Source: Takakia lepidozioides (Eukaryota > Plantae > Bryophyta). Taken from it: DNA of 64,000 nt. Below, in pieces: positions 27,047 through 38,720 of the stretch (position 1 is the stretch's first letter; the number at the start of each line of letters is the position of its first letter). The stretch is taken from positions 73,098,001-73,162,000 of the forward strand of contig CM060733.1 in assembly GCA_030704615.1 (NCBI GenBank), read 5' to 3'. The notes below the pieces were generated by a model. The model was not told the DNA's origin. It saw only the letters and a program-made list of their open reading frames with translations, and did no database searches. The position numbers and the translations under genes were made by a program.

Positions 27047-29338
27047 TGTTAGAGGGCTGTCTGGGACTTAGACAGTTTTATGGGTTCTGTGGGATACCCT
27101 TAATTTTGCACAGACTTACGGATGGTAGACTTAGACCAACAGAGGCCTTAGGGGTGACAGACACAGGCCTTAGGGGTGGTAGACAGGCTTACATAGTCAG
27201 TCACAGCCTATCATAGTCTATCACAACCCGACACAGCCCGACACAGTCAACCACAGCCAGACACAGCCTCACACAGCCAGTCACAGCCCGACACAGCTTC
27301 ACACAGCCAGTCACAGCTCGGCACAGTCACAGCCCGACACAGTTTGGCACAGCCCGTCACAACATTCACAGGGAATGGTTATTGTTGGCAAGGAACGACT
27401 ATGTGGGAATGACATCTGCAGAGGGAATGTGCATTCTGTCTTGAATGACAATTAGTTAGTTAGGCGGTTAGAACAGCTTGCCGGTAGAATAGGCAGAGTA
27501 GCAACAGGGAGGGGGACACTTCTTGGATCACGACTTGGTCATTGTGGGAAGGGAGCACAAACTTGAGCACAATGATGGAGAGCACGGTGAAGGAGGAGAG
27601 ACGATCTGTTGATGCTTGATTCATGCAAGCTGTAGAGATGTACTGTAGAGCAGATTAGAGACACCATGGCTACGGCCTGATACTTAATAGACAATAATCT
27701 GATACATATTTGATATACTCACACTGTGTAGAGAGACCTGAGTGAAGCTGTGGAATGAATGGATGGATGGGTGGATGGAACCTGGTAGATTGCTGAAGCA
27801 ATCTGATACTTAATTATAGACAGTAAGGTAACTTACTAACATGAATGCGAGAAGGAATACAAATAAGAAGCACCCCCATGATACACTAGCTGTAGGTCAT
27901 GACTGATTGTTCTGAGCGGGCTGAGTGCTTAGAGATTTCCAACTCTTCTATCTTGGAGTTCCCACCTCGGATAGCGAAGGGATGGGTGAGTAAAAGCCGC
28001 TCGACATTTGGCGACCATACTGGGGAACTGAGTCAAGAACAAACAAATGTGACAAGCATCTGGTGGGATCATGGTGGTTGGAGAATCAAAGAATTTGATG
28101 TGAATCAAATTCCCTGTGGAACTGAGAAAGAAAGATTGTCCAAACAAGTCTTTCAGAGGTTCTTGGAATTGCCAGACGGTTGCAAAGAAAACATTCTTAA
28201 GAGAGTGCATGATGCTGATCCAGAGTGGGGTCTGGAGAAAGGAGTGATAAAGATTTATCAAGTGGCCTGTAGAGGGAGAGTAAGTTAGTTACCAACACTG
28301 GTTTATGTGATAGCATTGCTATCCATTAAACGAGTGGAGTTTGAAAGCTGGGAGGAACGGAAAGTGAATGTTTATGCATGAAGAACTTGTACTGGTAAAG
28401 AACTGGATTCCTAAGGATATCCTGTGGATCAAACTTACACCAAGAATAATTTTTCAAACGTGCATGCCATATGGTTATATGGTAACGGAGTCTTTTAGTA
28501 TAGCCAAGGGTGCATTAAAGCTTGAAAAAAATCCAGGCATATACGAGAGATACTACAGAAGAGAGTTTTGGTTATTGCCTCATTAAAGATATGAAAGACA
28601 TGGGACATGGGTGATGAAAGAGAATCTAGACTCCACAGATATTCAGCAAAGAGAAAAAGTTATTTGAAAGCTAATTATCCATATCTCTGGGAGAGAGGAA
28701 TAGACATAGGGGAATCATCTGGACCGCTCACACCATTAAGACCAGGGAGTACATCACCCATACCAGAGGAACCAGAGTTGGATGCCACTCCTTCTTATTC
28801 TTTACAAGAAAGATTAAGGGATTTGGTACAGGAAGAAGATCATCCACGAGAAGAAAGATTTGAGGTACATCCCTGGATTAAAGATTTGACAAAAATCTTT
28901 GATCAGAGTTGGCATTGAACACCAAAAGCAGGAACTCCAGTTTCCGAAGCACAAGACAAAGAAGGAGAGGATGATGTGGCAGAGCCAATGGAGAGTTCAG
29001 ACTCTCCAACACCACTTCAGTTGAGTTATATGAGTGAGGAAGAAGAAATCCAAGAGAAGAACTTGGAAGATGAAAACAGAGAGAAGAATTTGGAAGATGA
29101 AGAGTATGAAGAAGTAGACCCAACAGTTGAGGTTGAGACTACAACCAGGACATCCCAACCTGTTGGACTTGGATCAAGTAGAGCACTTGGATCACAGGCC
29201 AACAAAGGTGCCGGCTCAGGGGGAACAGGCGGGCAGCTTGGATCTGGCTTTGGGGGGACAGGGAGTGTGGGAAGTAGTGCAACTAGAGCTGGGGATACTG
29301 TCCATTTTGATGCATTGGGAGAACTCGGTAGAGTATGA
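27047..29338 (+). mobile_element. 5' LTR (~27047-28260) and start of internal region of a second, diverged copy of the same Ty3 family
   Basis: TGTTAGAGGG start. Candidate end TTATCA at 28260 followed by PBS-like TGGCCTGTAGAGGG at 28263. The LTR end is uncertain. Confidence 0.7.
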
Positions 29339-30384
29339 AGAGGCCTCATCATCTCGTTTCATGGTGGCATTCCGGCCCACCATGTGTGACCTCACCCATG
29401 TACACAAGAACAGAATTGGGTGAAGAATTCCGTAATCCAGTTGAATTATTTCTCTTACAACACCCACATATTCCAATTGGGATAACATTCGTCTGGACAT
29501 ACCTGCTCTGTTTTCGCTTTCCTGATGGAATACTTGAGCAACTCCAGAATCAAATGTCACCCTGTCTCTGGCGCCAGTCCCATCACTTATTGCTTGAAAG
29601 TGATTGCCGTAAGCATACATGGACTTGAAGCCCAATGACTGTACTGCTGGTGGTATACATAAATGGCATATGTCCAAATCATAGGACTCACCTGAACTCA
29701 CCTTGCGTTGGACAGCACCTTCAATCCATTCATGGAATGGAGCCAGTAAGCGCATATCTGTTGGGTATGGAATTTCTCCATTGTGGTGGTCTTGGTCTTG
29801 TCCACAAAGGTATGTTGTTCTGAACTCAGTGCGGGATGCTTCTATGAGTGCCATCTCCTCTTCATAGGCCCTATCCAAATGAGAATTGCAAATTAGGATT
29901 ACAGCTTATACCATTGGCAGAAATGAAACACACAGGATATGATAAGCAACATACTTACTCAAGGAATGGTTTCATGCAATCTGTGTTGTGCAAAATATAC
30001 TCGTGTGCACTGTCTCGTTCTTGAATGATGAGGACTCGTACAGTTCCCAATCCTTCAACCACCTCCCCACTAACTGAGTCTTCTTCATTGGAGTCCCACA
30101 CCCTTCGGCTTGTAGCATGAAATTCAGCCATATACTCAGTTAGAAACCCTAGGGCCTCATCCAAAGCATACCCTTCCGCCATGCTCCCTTCAGGTCGGCT
30201 CATATTCCTTACATAGCCTTTTAATGTCTTCATATACCGTTCCATAGGATACATCCAACGGCTAGACACGGGACCACACACCTCCAATTCGTCCACAAGG
30301 TGTACAAACAAGTGAGTCATGATATCAAAAAATGACGGAGGGAATTCTTTCTCCAGCAGACACATAGTGATTGCAACATCTTCT
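29339..30384 (-). mobile_element. CACTA transposase fragment (DUF4218 and DUF4216 regions)
   Basis: LEKEFPPSFFDIMTHLFVHL...GPVSSRWMYPMERYMKTLKGYVRN..RPEGSMAEGY, an intron, then YVGVVREIIQLDYG...LFLCTWV. Confidence 0.92.
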
Positions 30385-30785
30385 TAAAGACATGACTTTG
30401 TATGCATAAACACCCCAGTCTGTGATGAAAGCTGTCTTTCCCTGGTCTTCTTCCGCCACTTGCACTTGGTTATACCCACTGAAGCCATCCATGAATGAGT
30501 ACATCTCATGGCCTGCCACAGTATCCAGTACAGCTTCTGTGAATGGCAAGGGAAAGAGATCTTTCTTTGTACAAGCATTCAACTTCTTATAATTCACACA
30601 AACTCTCAGTTTACCATTCTTCTTGGGAACTATCACAATGGGTGACAACCAAGTTGTATACTCTATTGGGTATATGAACTTAGCCTCAGCCAGCTTCTTA
30701 ATCTCTTCCCCTACCTTACGTGCATAGTTGGGATTCATCTTGTACCTTGTCGACTCAACAACTGGCTTGCCGTGCTGCAATGGAT
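30385..30785 (-). mobile_element. Ty3/gypsy non-chromovirus RT N-half
   Basis: WLSPIVIVPKKNGKLRVCVNYKKLN...YSFMDGFSGYNQ...YKVMS. Confidence 0.92.
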
Positions 30786-30788
30786 AAC

Positions 30789-33591
30789 ATTATGGAAGGC
30801 CGATGATTGCAAAATAGCCCTTGTCATGTCGTCTTTGTTGGCTGTGTAGAGGTCCACTTTTAAGACACCACTCCCGGTCTACCAGCTCGCATGCACGGAC
30901 TCAGACATGTTCACATTTGGCATTGTTGTGTCCTCTTCCAGATCCAATCCCTGCAGGTAAAATCTCCATCATGAGAACTACATTTGCGTGTACAACGAAA
31001 AAGGCAAGGTCTTAAGGTGAGGTCCATCGAAACGATATCGAGCATGAAGTTATCGGCACCGTCGAATGCTTCATGACACATAATCCAATCTTAAAGTCGG
31101 TGCAGACTATAAGCTACCCACAATAGTGTCATGTCTTACGGTATAGTCGGTGCTGACTATAGAGGGAATGTTCTACTGAAGTGAGCTGCACAGATAGGAC
31201 GCTATGTTATAGTCGGTGCAGACTACAATCCACAATAGTGGCATTCCAACCGAGGCCGACGTTTGGAGGAATAATTTGCTACATGTTATGTTATAATCGG
31301 TGCAGACTATAAGCTGTGGACAATAGTGCCCTACGCTATGCTATCTTCGGTGCAGACTGTAGAACGAATGTTCTGCTGCAGTGAGCCAAACCTCATATGA
31401 TTAGAGAAAATGTATTCACATTAAGGATCAATATTAAAATCTAATGTCATAGTCGGTGCGAACTATAAGGTAAAACAGTGTCATTGCAACGCTATAGTCG
31501 GTGTAGACTACAGTGGAATAAGGTCTCCTCATATGTACTGTGCTTCATGTCACCGGAGCGACTATGAAAGCAAGGTTTTGCTCATGTGAGCGGATATACA
31601 TCCGCTCACGGATTCTTTTGCAAGTAGAAACCATAATAGTCGGTACAGACTATGAAAGTTTCACTTTTGCTCACGTGAGCATAACTCGAAATAACTGGGC
31701 GTATGAAGATATTGCACCAGAAGACGACCACCAAGCTCGGATGGCCAGAAATGAAACCTCCGCTTCCGCCCCAGTATTTGTTGCTCTCCATTTCGTACAA
31801 AGCTGTACATGTGCTTGTTGGAGGTTTTCGGAGATGTATTTTTTGGTCCACTTCTGGAGGCTCTGACCCCAATGGAACCCACATGTTCTCTCACGATCGG
31901 GCATGGGTTCCCCGCCTCCATACATTTCGCGAACAGCAGCCCAGTTAGCATTTGCATTGTCGGCCATGAATCCCCGAAATTGCGGTTGCCCCTTCCCTGC
32001 TCGCAGCATCTGTTCATTGATGGATTCCAACATGATCTTCTATGATTCTATATCCTCACATTTCATTTCACAAATTGCGATCGTCATGAGCTTCCAAAAA
32101 TTCGGATGGTACACGTAACAAGCCATTGTACTCCGTGTATCCGTTTCACGTTGTCAAACATAATCCAGCTCCTTCCCAGCTCCCCCCCCGGGACGCATCA
32201 TGTCCACAGATGGACTTCATAGCCCTTTCCAACAGTTGACATCTTGAATATGAAACATCTCTCATCGACACTTCCTTGGCCTGGGAAGCGGCTCCCATGG
32301 AAATAGTCGTACCCGCTCCACTTTTTCATTGTCAGTAAAGCTTCTACTTCACTCCCAAGCCCCATTTGTGCTTTTTTCTTCTTTGTCTCGTAACGAACAC
32401 CACATTTGCCCACGGCACCGACCTCCTCCATGAACTCCTCAAACTGCTCATCATCAAGCTTCCATCTCTCGGTTGCACCTGGCGATAACACCTTCTCCAT
32501 GGAAATGGACTGAGCAGCAGACATTTGGACCGATTTTGGCCTAGCAGACGGTGACCTATGGATTTCTTCAGCAAGTGCAGATTTGGCTTTGGCAGCAGCT
32601 TCCCGGCATGCTCCAGGTGCAGATGGATGTGAATGAATGCCAACATGCACGGCTGCTCTGGTCATCGTTGGTGGTCCTATCACGTAGAACATTTTGGCAC
32701 GGCAGGTGTGCATGCATGTAGGTGGATGGTTGCAGTGAGAATATAGGAAGGTGTTCGGGGGCACCTGGCTTTGCGGTTTGAACTGACCATCGTAATGCCC
32801 CATCCAATGAATCTCGTTGTGGCTGCTCTCCCTGAGGAAGAATGGGCACGTTCCTCGGACACAACTCAGCGCACCAACACAGTGTACATACCTATAATGA
32901 CATTGCAAGTCAGTGCAGAAAGTGCAGAAATTGCACTATGGAAGTCGGCCACGACTACAACTGCACAATGGACAGTGAGCAGGAACAAAATATCACCTCA
33001 TCTGACTGCGCCGCCTTTTGTGCCAATTATAGGAAGCTTTAAGTTCGTTGTCTTCGTGGTAGCCCATGGATTGTCGTCGTACTTGTGGTCCATGCCTTCA
33101 AGCTGACTTGCTGGGGATGTGTTTGATGTCGGTGGAAGCTCATACACGACATCACCATCAACGATCCTTGGCAAGCACTTCACCTACTGCCCTGACAGCT
33201 CTGGAAAAGGGGAAGGAGGTCCATGGTGACATCTTCAGAGCTGGAATTGTATCATAGCTTCACTTCTACTTCTTCAAAGTTTATCTTCCCCAAGTGGGAT
33301 TTGGAATCAAGATGGAGAAGCTTAAAGATATCCAATATGGATGGGCCGGAGTGTCCATAAGTGGCCTTCTTGCCAACAAACTCGGGGCGCGGCACCTTTT
33401 TGGGAGGTGAGGCAGATGCAGCCAAATTGGGTTTCACCCTTCCACCCTGAGGAGCAGAAGCAACAGTTGCAGGTTCACGTGTCGTGGAATTCCTATCCAA
33501 AGTAGCAGGGACACCGAACACTTTATATCGCAATTCACCTGTAATAGGCAAAATCCACGATTTGTGGTCGTTATAAGAGAACTTTATGGAC
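30789..33591 (-). pseudogene. MULE-type DDE transposase with GCM-like region, copy B (inverted 5' portion)
   Basis: YELPP, DHKYDDNPW, CVGALSC, AAVHVGIHSH, FMADNANANW, RTCGFHWGQ. After intron 30951-31674 comes exon PNVNMSESVHASW carrying the likely third catalytic residue. Confidence 0.78.
31090..31655. repeat. Dispersed array of ~9 ATAGTC-GGTGCA-GACTAT palindromes in an intron
   Basis: Copies near 31095, 31143, 31209, 31293, 31343, 31449, 31494, 31550 and 31636; related copies at ~26917-27020. Confidence 0.85.
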
Positions 33592-34620
33592 GTTTTTAAT
33601 GACGAACTAAAAGGAAAGGTTCTAGTCCCGACCGCCAACAATTATTAGAACGGGCGGCAGCGCGGTCTTCTGATCCTCTGAAGATGGCAGAGGCAGTAAG
33701 AAGTTTTGTGAAGGGAACTCCTCTCCATGGTAGAAATCCTGGGCTCGAGGGCGACTTTCTTATTTGGACAACGAAGCGGAAGATTGTTTTGGGCAACTTA
33801 GAAGACGAGGAACACCTTCATTCATGGAGGCCTGACATGAACCTCCGCACCACACCCAGGCGCCGTGAAGGTGCCGGAGGACTAAGAGTGCCCACAACTA
33901 CTGTTCAGATGTCTCTCGAGACATTGGAGGATGACCTTCCACTACAGAATAAAAAGCCGGTTTTGGAGACCGCCGTGTCCACAGCATGTTGGCACATCGC
34001 CCGGACGTCCGACACTTCAAGAGTAAAGTGTTGGGCAATACGGTCTGACAGTGCATAGGCATGCAAAGAAGAAATCCGGCCACTCCACAGTTTGGGTGTT
34101 CCTGCTCCAAAATATGTGGGTCGTCACCATCCTCCGGCTTTGGTAAAACCAAAGATGATGGAAATGTGGCACTGCCCAACTGATATCGTGTATTGTGTCG
34201 GTGGTGAAGCGGGGCGATGTGTGCTCGATAGACCAGATGTTCCCAACGTTTGGCCTGTGATGGTTAGGACAAGTTTAAATCAGGAGGAGGTTGACGCCTT
34301 AACCGTGGCTGGATTTCGACTTGTTCCTACAGACGACAAGAGCGCTGCCGAGGGAGAGGGGGACATTGTTGCGGATGATAGCAATCACCTGGATCCGGAC
34401 ACATATGCAACCAAGAGATGAGGTAAAATATATCGACGAAAGCCATTGAGTGCACAAGCCTGTAAAAAGATGGAGCTCGGACAATCTTTGAAGGCAATTG
34501 TACAATCGTTCAAAGATGTTCCCCGCCTTGGAATTGGTCGTGTGTACACACTCTGCACACCGGGATCGGCCAAAGCAGGGGAGGTCTACAATGTGTGCAT
34601 CTCTAGAAGTCCGGAGTGCA
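33592..34620 (+). pseudogene. C-terminal region of MULE-type transposase copy B
   Basis: KGSSPDRQQLL...MAEAVRSFV, WHIART, WHCP..C, WPV...GFRL, YNVCISRSPEC (start of a SWIM-like finger). Homologous to 42660-43215. Confidence 0.7.
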
Positions 34621-34739
34621 GATGATACCAAACAGTTGAAGGTGGCATAGAAAAGCCTAGTGTCTATTCAGTGATAATTGGGGCCTCACTAAGTACTAGA
34701 TGTGATGACACCATGGTCGGCCACGATAGACAGTCGTCA

Positions 34740-34900
34740 CTATGGTAACCAAGGACAAGGGTCGCGAACTAACATTGCCTTCACCTCATTTATGGAGAGA
34801 TTAGGGTGGTTGATGTCCTCCGAGTCTTCCCGCATTTTCAATCGGCGCAACAAAATATAGTATATGTGCTTGCAATGGGTGTATGCGGATTTAGCCCTCT
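34740..34900 (-). pseudogene. SWIM-finger tail exon fragment
   Basis: HCKHIYYILL...LSINEVKAML. Confidence 0.5.
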
Positions 34901-34939
34901 TCTTTATTATTATTATTTTTGGCCCCTCGAGTCCTCCCT

Positions 34940-35480
34940 GCAAGATGGAAATTCGGCGCCACGTTTCCATCTTGGGGGATGACGTTCGGCTACCACCTGA
35001 CTTTCTCCCCTCTCGCGATGCTTTCACCCGACCCCCCCGGATGGAAATTTGGCGCCGTATTCCCATCCTGCGGGAAGGACTAGAGACCCAAAAAGAAAAA
35101 CATGTTTTTTTTTTTTTTTCTTTTTTTTTTCCCTGTACGAGTCCTCATTGTGGGATGGAAATTCGGCGCCATATTTCCATCTTGGGAGATGACGTTCGGC
35201 TACCACCTAGCTTTCTCCCCTCTTGCGATGCTTTCATCCAAACCCCCAGGATCGAAATACGGCGCCAAATTTCCATCCTGCGGGGAGGACTAGAGACCCA
35301 AAAAAAAAAAATGTTTGTTTGTTTTTTTTGTTTTTCCGTACGAGTCCTACTGTGGGATGGAAATTCGGCGCCATATTTCCATCTTGGGAGATGACGTTCG
35401 GCTACCACCGGGCTTTCTCCCCTGTCGCGATGCTTTCGTCCCCTCATGATGGAAATACGGCGCCGAATGTCCATCCAGCG
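34940..35480. repeat. Array of six GATGGAAA-N3-GGCGCC-N3-TTTCCATC palindromes in ~205-bp dimer units
   Basis: Copies near 34944, 35040, 35154, 35250, 35356 and 35448. Confidence 0.92.
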
Positions 35481-35949
35481 GGGTCCATTATGGAGGTCAA
35501 GCGATTCCCCCTTTCTCGTCTCGACTCATTCATGACTTGATACTGCTCTCAAAGTGCGCGCCGGTGGTTATTAAATTGTCCATTGGAGACTTGCTATTGT
35601 ATAGGGTTTGCTACTATGAGCATCCCTGGGGCATAAAGTTACTTCCTTTTGAATCGGACTTGAAAGATGCCATTTTTCATGATTGGACCCTGTGTGTGAG
35701 ACATGTAGGAAACTTTATGTTTAAAACGTATGTCCATATTGGTGGGTGGGGGATTCTCTGCACCAACCACAATGCTCAAACGATGGAGGTAGAAATCTCA
35801 AAGCTCACTTTACTTGGTCTTCAACGTTTTTTTTTTTCAATTGTCGTTATGATGTTTTTTGATACATCTTTGTAGTACCGATGCAGGTGTTAAGCAGTTT
35901 GACACCGCATACTCAAGGTTGCAGCTAGGGCATGATCTTGCGTTGACAT

Positions 35950-38720
35950 GGGTTCAAAGAAGTTAGCAAACCAAAGAGCGAAGATTGTTAGACCTGGCCC
36001 CGTCGAGAGATTGGAAGCAGAACGACAAAAAAAACTTCAGCAAGTTGCGTGCCAGCGCAAATATCGTCATATCCGTAAACAAGACAGAGTTACGCAGATC
36101 TGAAATAGAAACTTCCCTTGGCTTAATGAGGCGATCATAGACGTGAGTGAGCAAAGGAAGTTAACAGCCCTAATTGTTGATTTCATAGACACCACCTTTG
36201 CAAAATGTCCAGGTCCTAAGAGCAGGAAGATGGTGATGGAGAGGGTTTTTCTAACCACAAATTGATTGCCCTCACACCAAAGTACTGTGTGCCTCCTAAA
36301 CTAGCACTTGCACAACATTAGGTCTTGGCAGGCGTCAACAGGTCTTTGGAGGCCATTAAACAGACAAATTCTTCTACCCGACTTGCTAGTAAGCATTGTC
36401 TTCTCACAGCCAGCATTGCTGCTGAGCCAACCTCTTCAGCAAGACATTTGGCAAAAGTGCTTGGAGTACATCACAGAACATTTCGATTGCAAATCAAAGG
36501 CGTAAGGTCACGAGTGACACAGGTGCATCTTTGTGGTCCCTGTCTTTGAGGAAGAAGCGGATAGAGATTATTCCAATGTCAACTAAGAATGATGTGGTTC
36601 AATGGTGGGTCTCAGAGACCCGAATTAGTCCTGATAAGAGTAAAGTTACTAGGAAGCGTCTGGAGGTAGGGGTGTATGATGAGAAGCCTACACACTTCCT
36701 CATGGAAACTCAGGTATGTGTCCAGTGCCCAGATTCAAGGCCACTAATTCTAACGCAGTGATTGGACAACAAACTTTTGAGGCTCTAAAGCCATTCTTTG
36801 TGAAAATAATGAAGGAATACATGTGCATGCATCTACCACGTTGAGCTGAACAAGCTTCGAATTGGTTTGAACAACATGAGCATAACTTCTGGCGTTCATG
36901 ACAAAGAAGTTTGCAAGTGCCATTGCCCAGGTTTATGCTTGCACCCTAATTAGCCATCTTGTGGAGCACAGTCAAAGGTTTACAAAGGAATTACTGAATT
37001 GTGGGAATCGATTGTTTGCCAAAAAGGGGATGAGGATGATTGGCACAAACGCAAATGTCTATTTGGGCAGTGCAAGAATTGTATCTTTCCATTTTGCCCT
37101 GTTGAAAATGATGGATCAAGTAGTGGACTGGTTGAGTGGAGGAGGTTTGCTATGGAAACCACCATGTCCAAAGCTGGCAAACTTTTTAAGAAACTGACAA
37201 TAGTTTACAAGAAAACTACTTCTGACGAGTTCGTGAACTATTTTAAGCCCAAGTTATAGAACTTTGTGAAGCACAACTTCGTGGCATGGTAGGAGGATAA
37301 ACAATTCAAGACTTGCATCAACTCGTTTCCAAAAGACACTATAGTGTCTGTTGTGGATTTTGCTAAGAACTACAACTTTGAGATTCAAAATGAGGTTCAG
37401 AGTATGCATTGGCATACATATCAGATAAGTATTCTTGTACACTTTACATTTTGTCACAATCTTGAAGCTGATCCATATGATGAGGAATCATGTATTCTCA
37501 CCGAGTACCACTTCTATATTTCTGATGACCGAAAGCATGACTCTGAGTTTGTGCAAGATTGTTTCAAATTGCATTGGAATCACATGGGCCGTCATGGGTA
37601 TGCACCCAAGTTTGACGGGTGTGCCTCTCAATTTAAAAGCTCAAAGCCATGGTACTTTGTAAGCAAGTACCCAAACATCACAGGGGGCTGTAAAATCATT
37701 TGGAGCTTCTTTGGCAGCGGCCATGGCAAGGGCCCACAGGATGGCGCTGGTACTGTTATTAAAAGGTGAGTCCTCTTGAATCTTCATTTTGACAATTTCA
37801 GCTTGCAATATATCATGGTGATGTTGCCGAATACTAGGTACTGTCAACTTACTTCATGATATGTTTCTCGGTACTTTCACTGTTGATATTTTAATTGTTT
37901 ACTTGTCAGGGTTCTAAGAAGAGCGCAGCTAGATGCTCAAGGACCCAAACCTCAAAATGCAGAGGAGGTAGTGGCATTTTTAGAAGAATACTTAGCAGAG
38001 TGGCCTGAGTCTTCTTACTCTGGATTAAGAAGGCCATTGCGCAAGATATTTTGGCATGTAAAAGGCAGATGTTGTTGACAGAAGTGGCACTACCTACAAT
38101 TGTGATCCCATCAAAGGATCCATGAAGCTGCACTACATATCTGCAACTAATAAGCACAATTTGTCGCATCTACTAGTCAAGGACCTTGCTTGTGTTTGCG
38201 TTTTCTGCTTAGATGGTCAGTGGTCTGATTGTGTCAATGTGCGGTGGACGGGTCAATGGATCCCAAAGCAACTACAACCGCATGACACCAAAGCTGTTCG
38301 AGAGGCTCTGTATGGTGAATGGGATGGTGATTGGCATACAGGGTCTGATGGTTCTGAACTGGCTGCAACACTCGAAATTGCAGACAATTTCGTAGTGAAT
38401 GCGCTGGCAATTTGGAGGGCGTTTCTTTTTGGATAGTTAATTGTACAAAGACACTTCATCAAGTCAAAAAGCCTTTCAAAGACAAGTGGGGAAGTCCTTT
38501 CTTGAAGGGGATGAAGTAGTTGCTCGCCTATATTACCAGAATCCTCGTATGTTTTGTTGAAGGACTCTCGCCTGGTCTACCTACATTCTCACTTGGTGTG
38601 TTGTGAAGTTCCTCATGCCCCCAAAGGATTACAGGGCCAATGGAAATGATGTTGTATATGAGCTCCCTGAAGACGTGCGGACCGGTATCAACTGTCATAG
38701 CATCTTTGGAAGAAGATGAT
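35950..38720 (+). pseudogene. Sola-like (probably Sola2-type) DDD transposase, disrupted, with introns
   Basis: VVDFAKNY..IQNEVQSMHW, ISDDRKHD, DGCASQFK, WSFFGSGHGKGPQDGAG.VIKR, Cys clusters. Superfamily assignment is from memory of the motif. Confidence 0.65.

Noticed and set aside
25119-28260. Paired LTRs of one element enclosing the MTase fragment
   Set aside because: The first follows a PPT and is truncated, the second precedes a PBS-like site, and the two are visibly diverged. They are separate copies.
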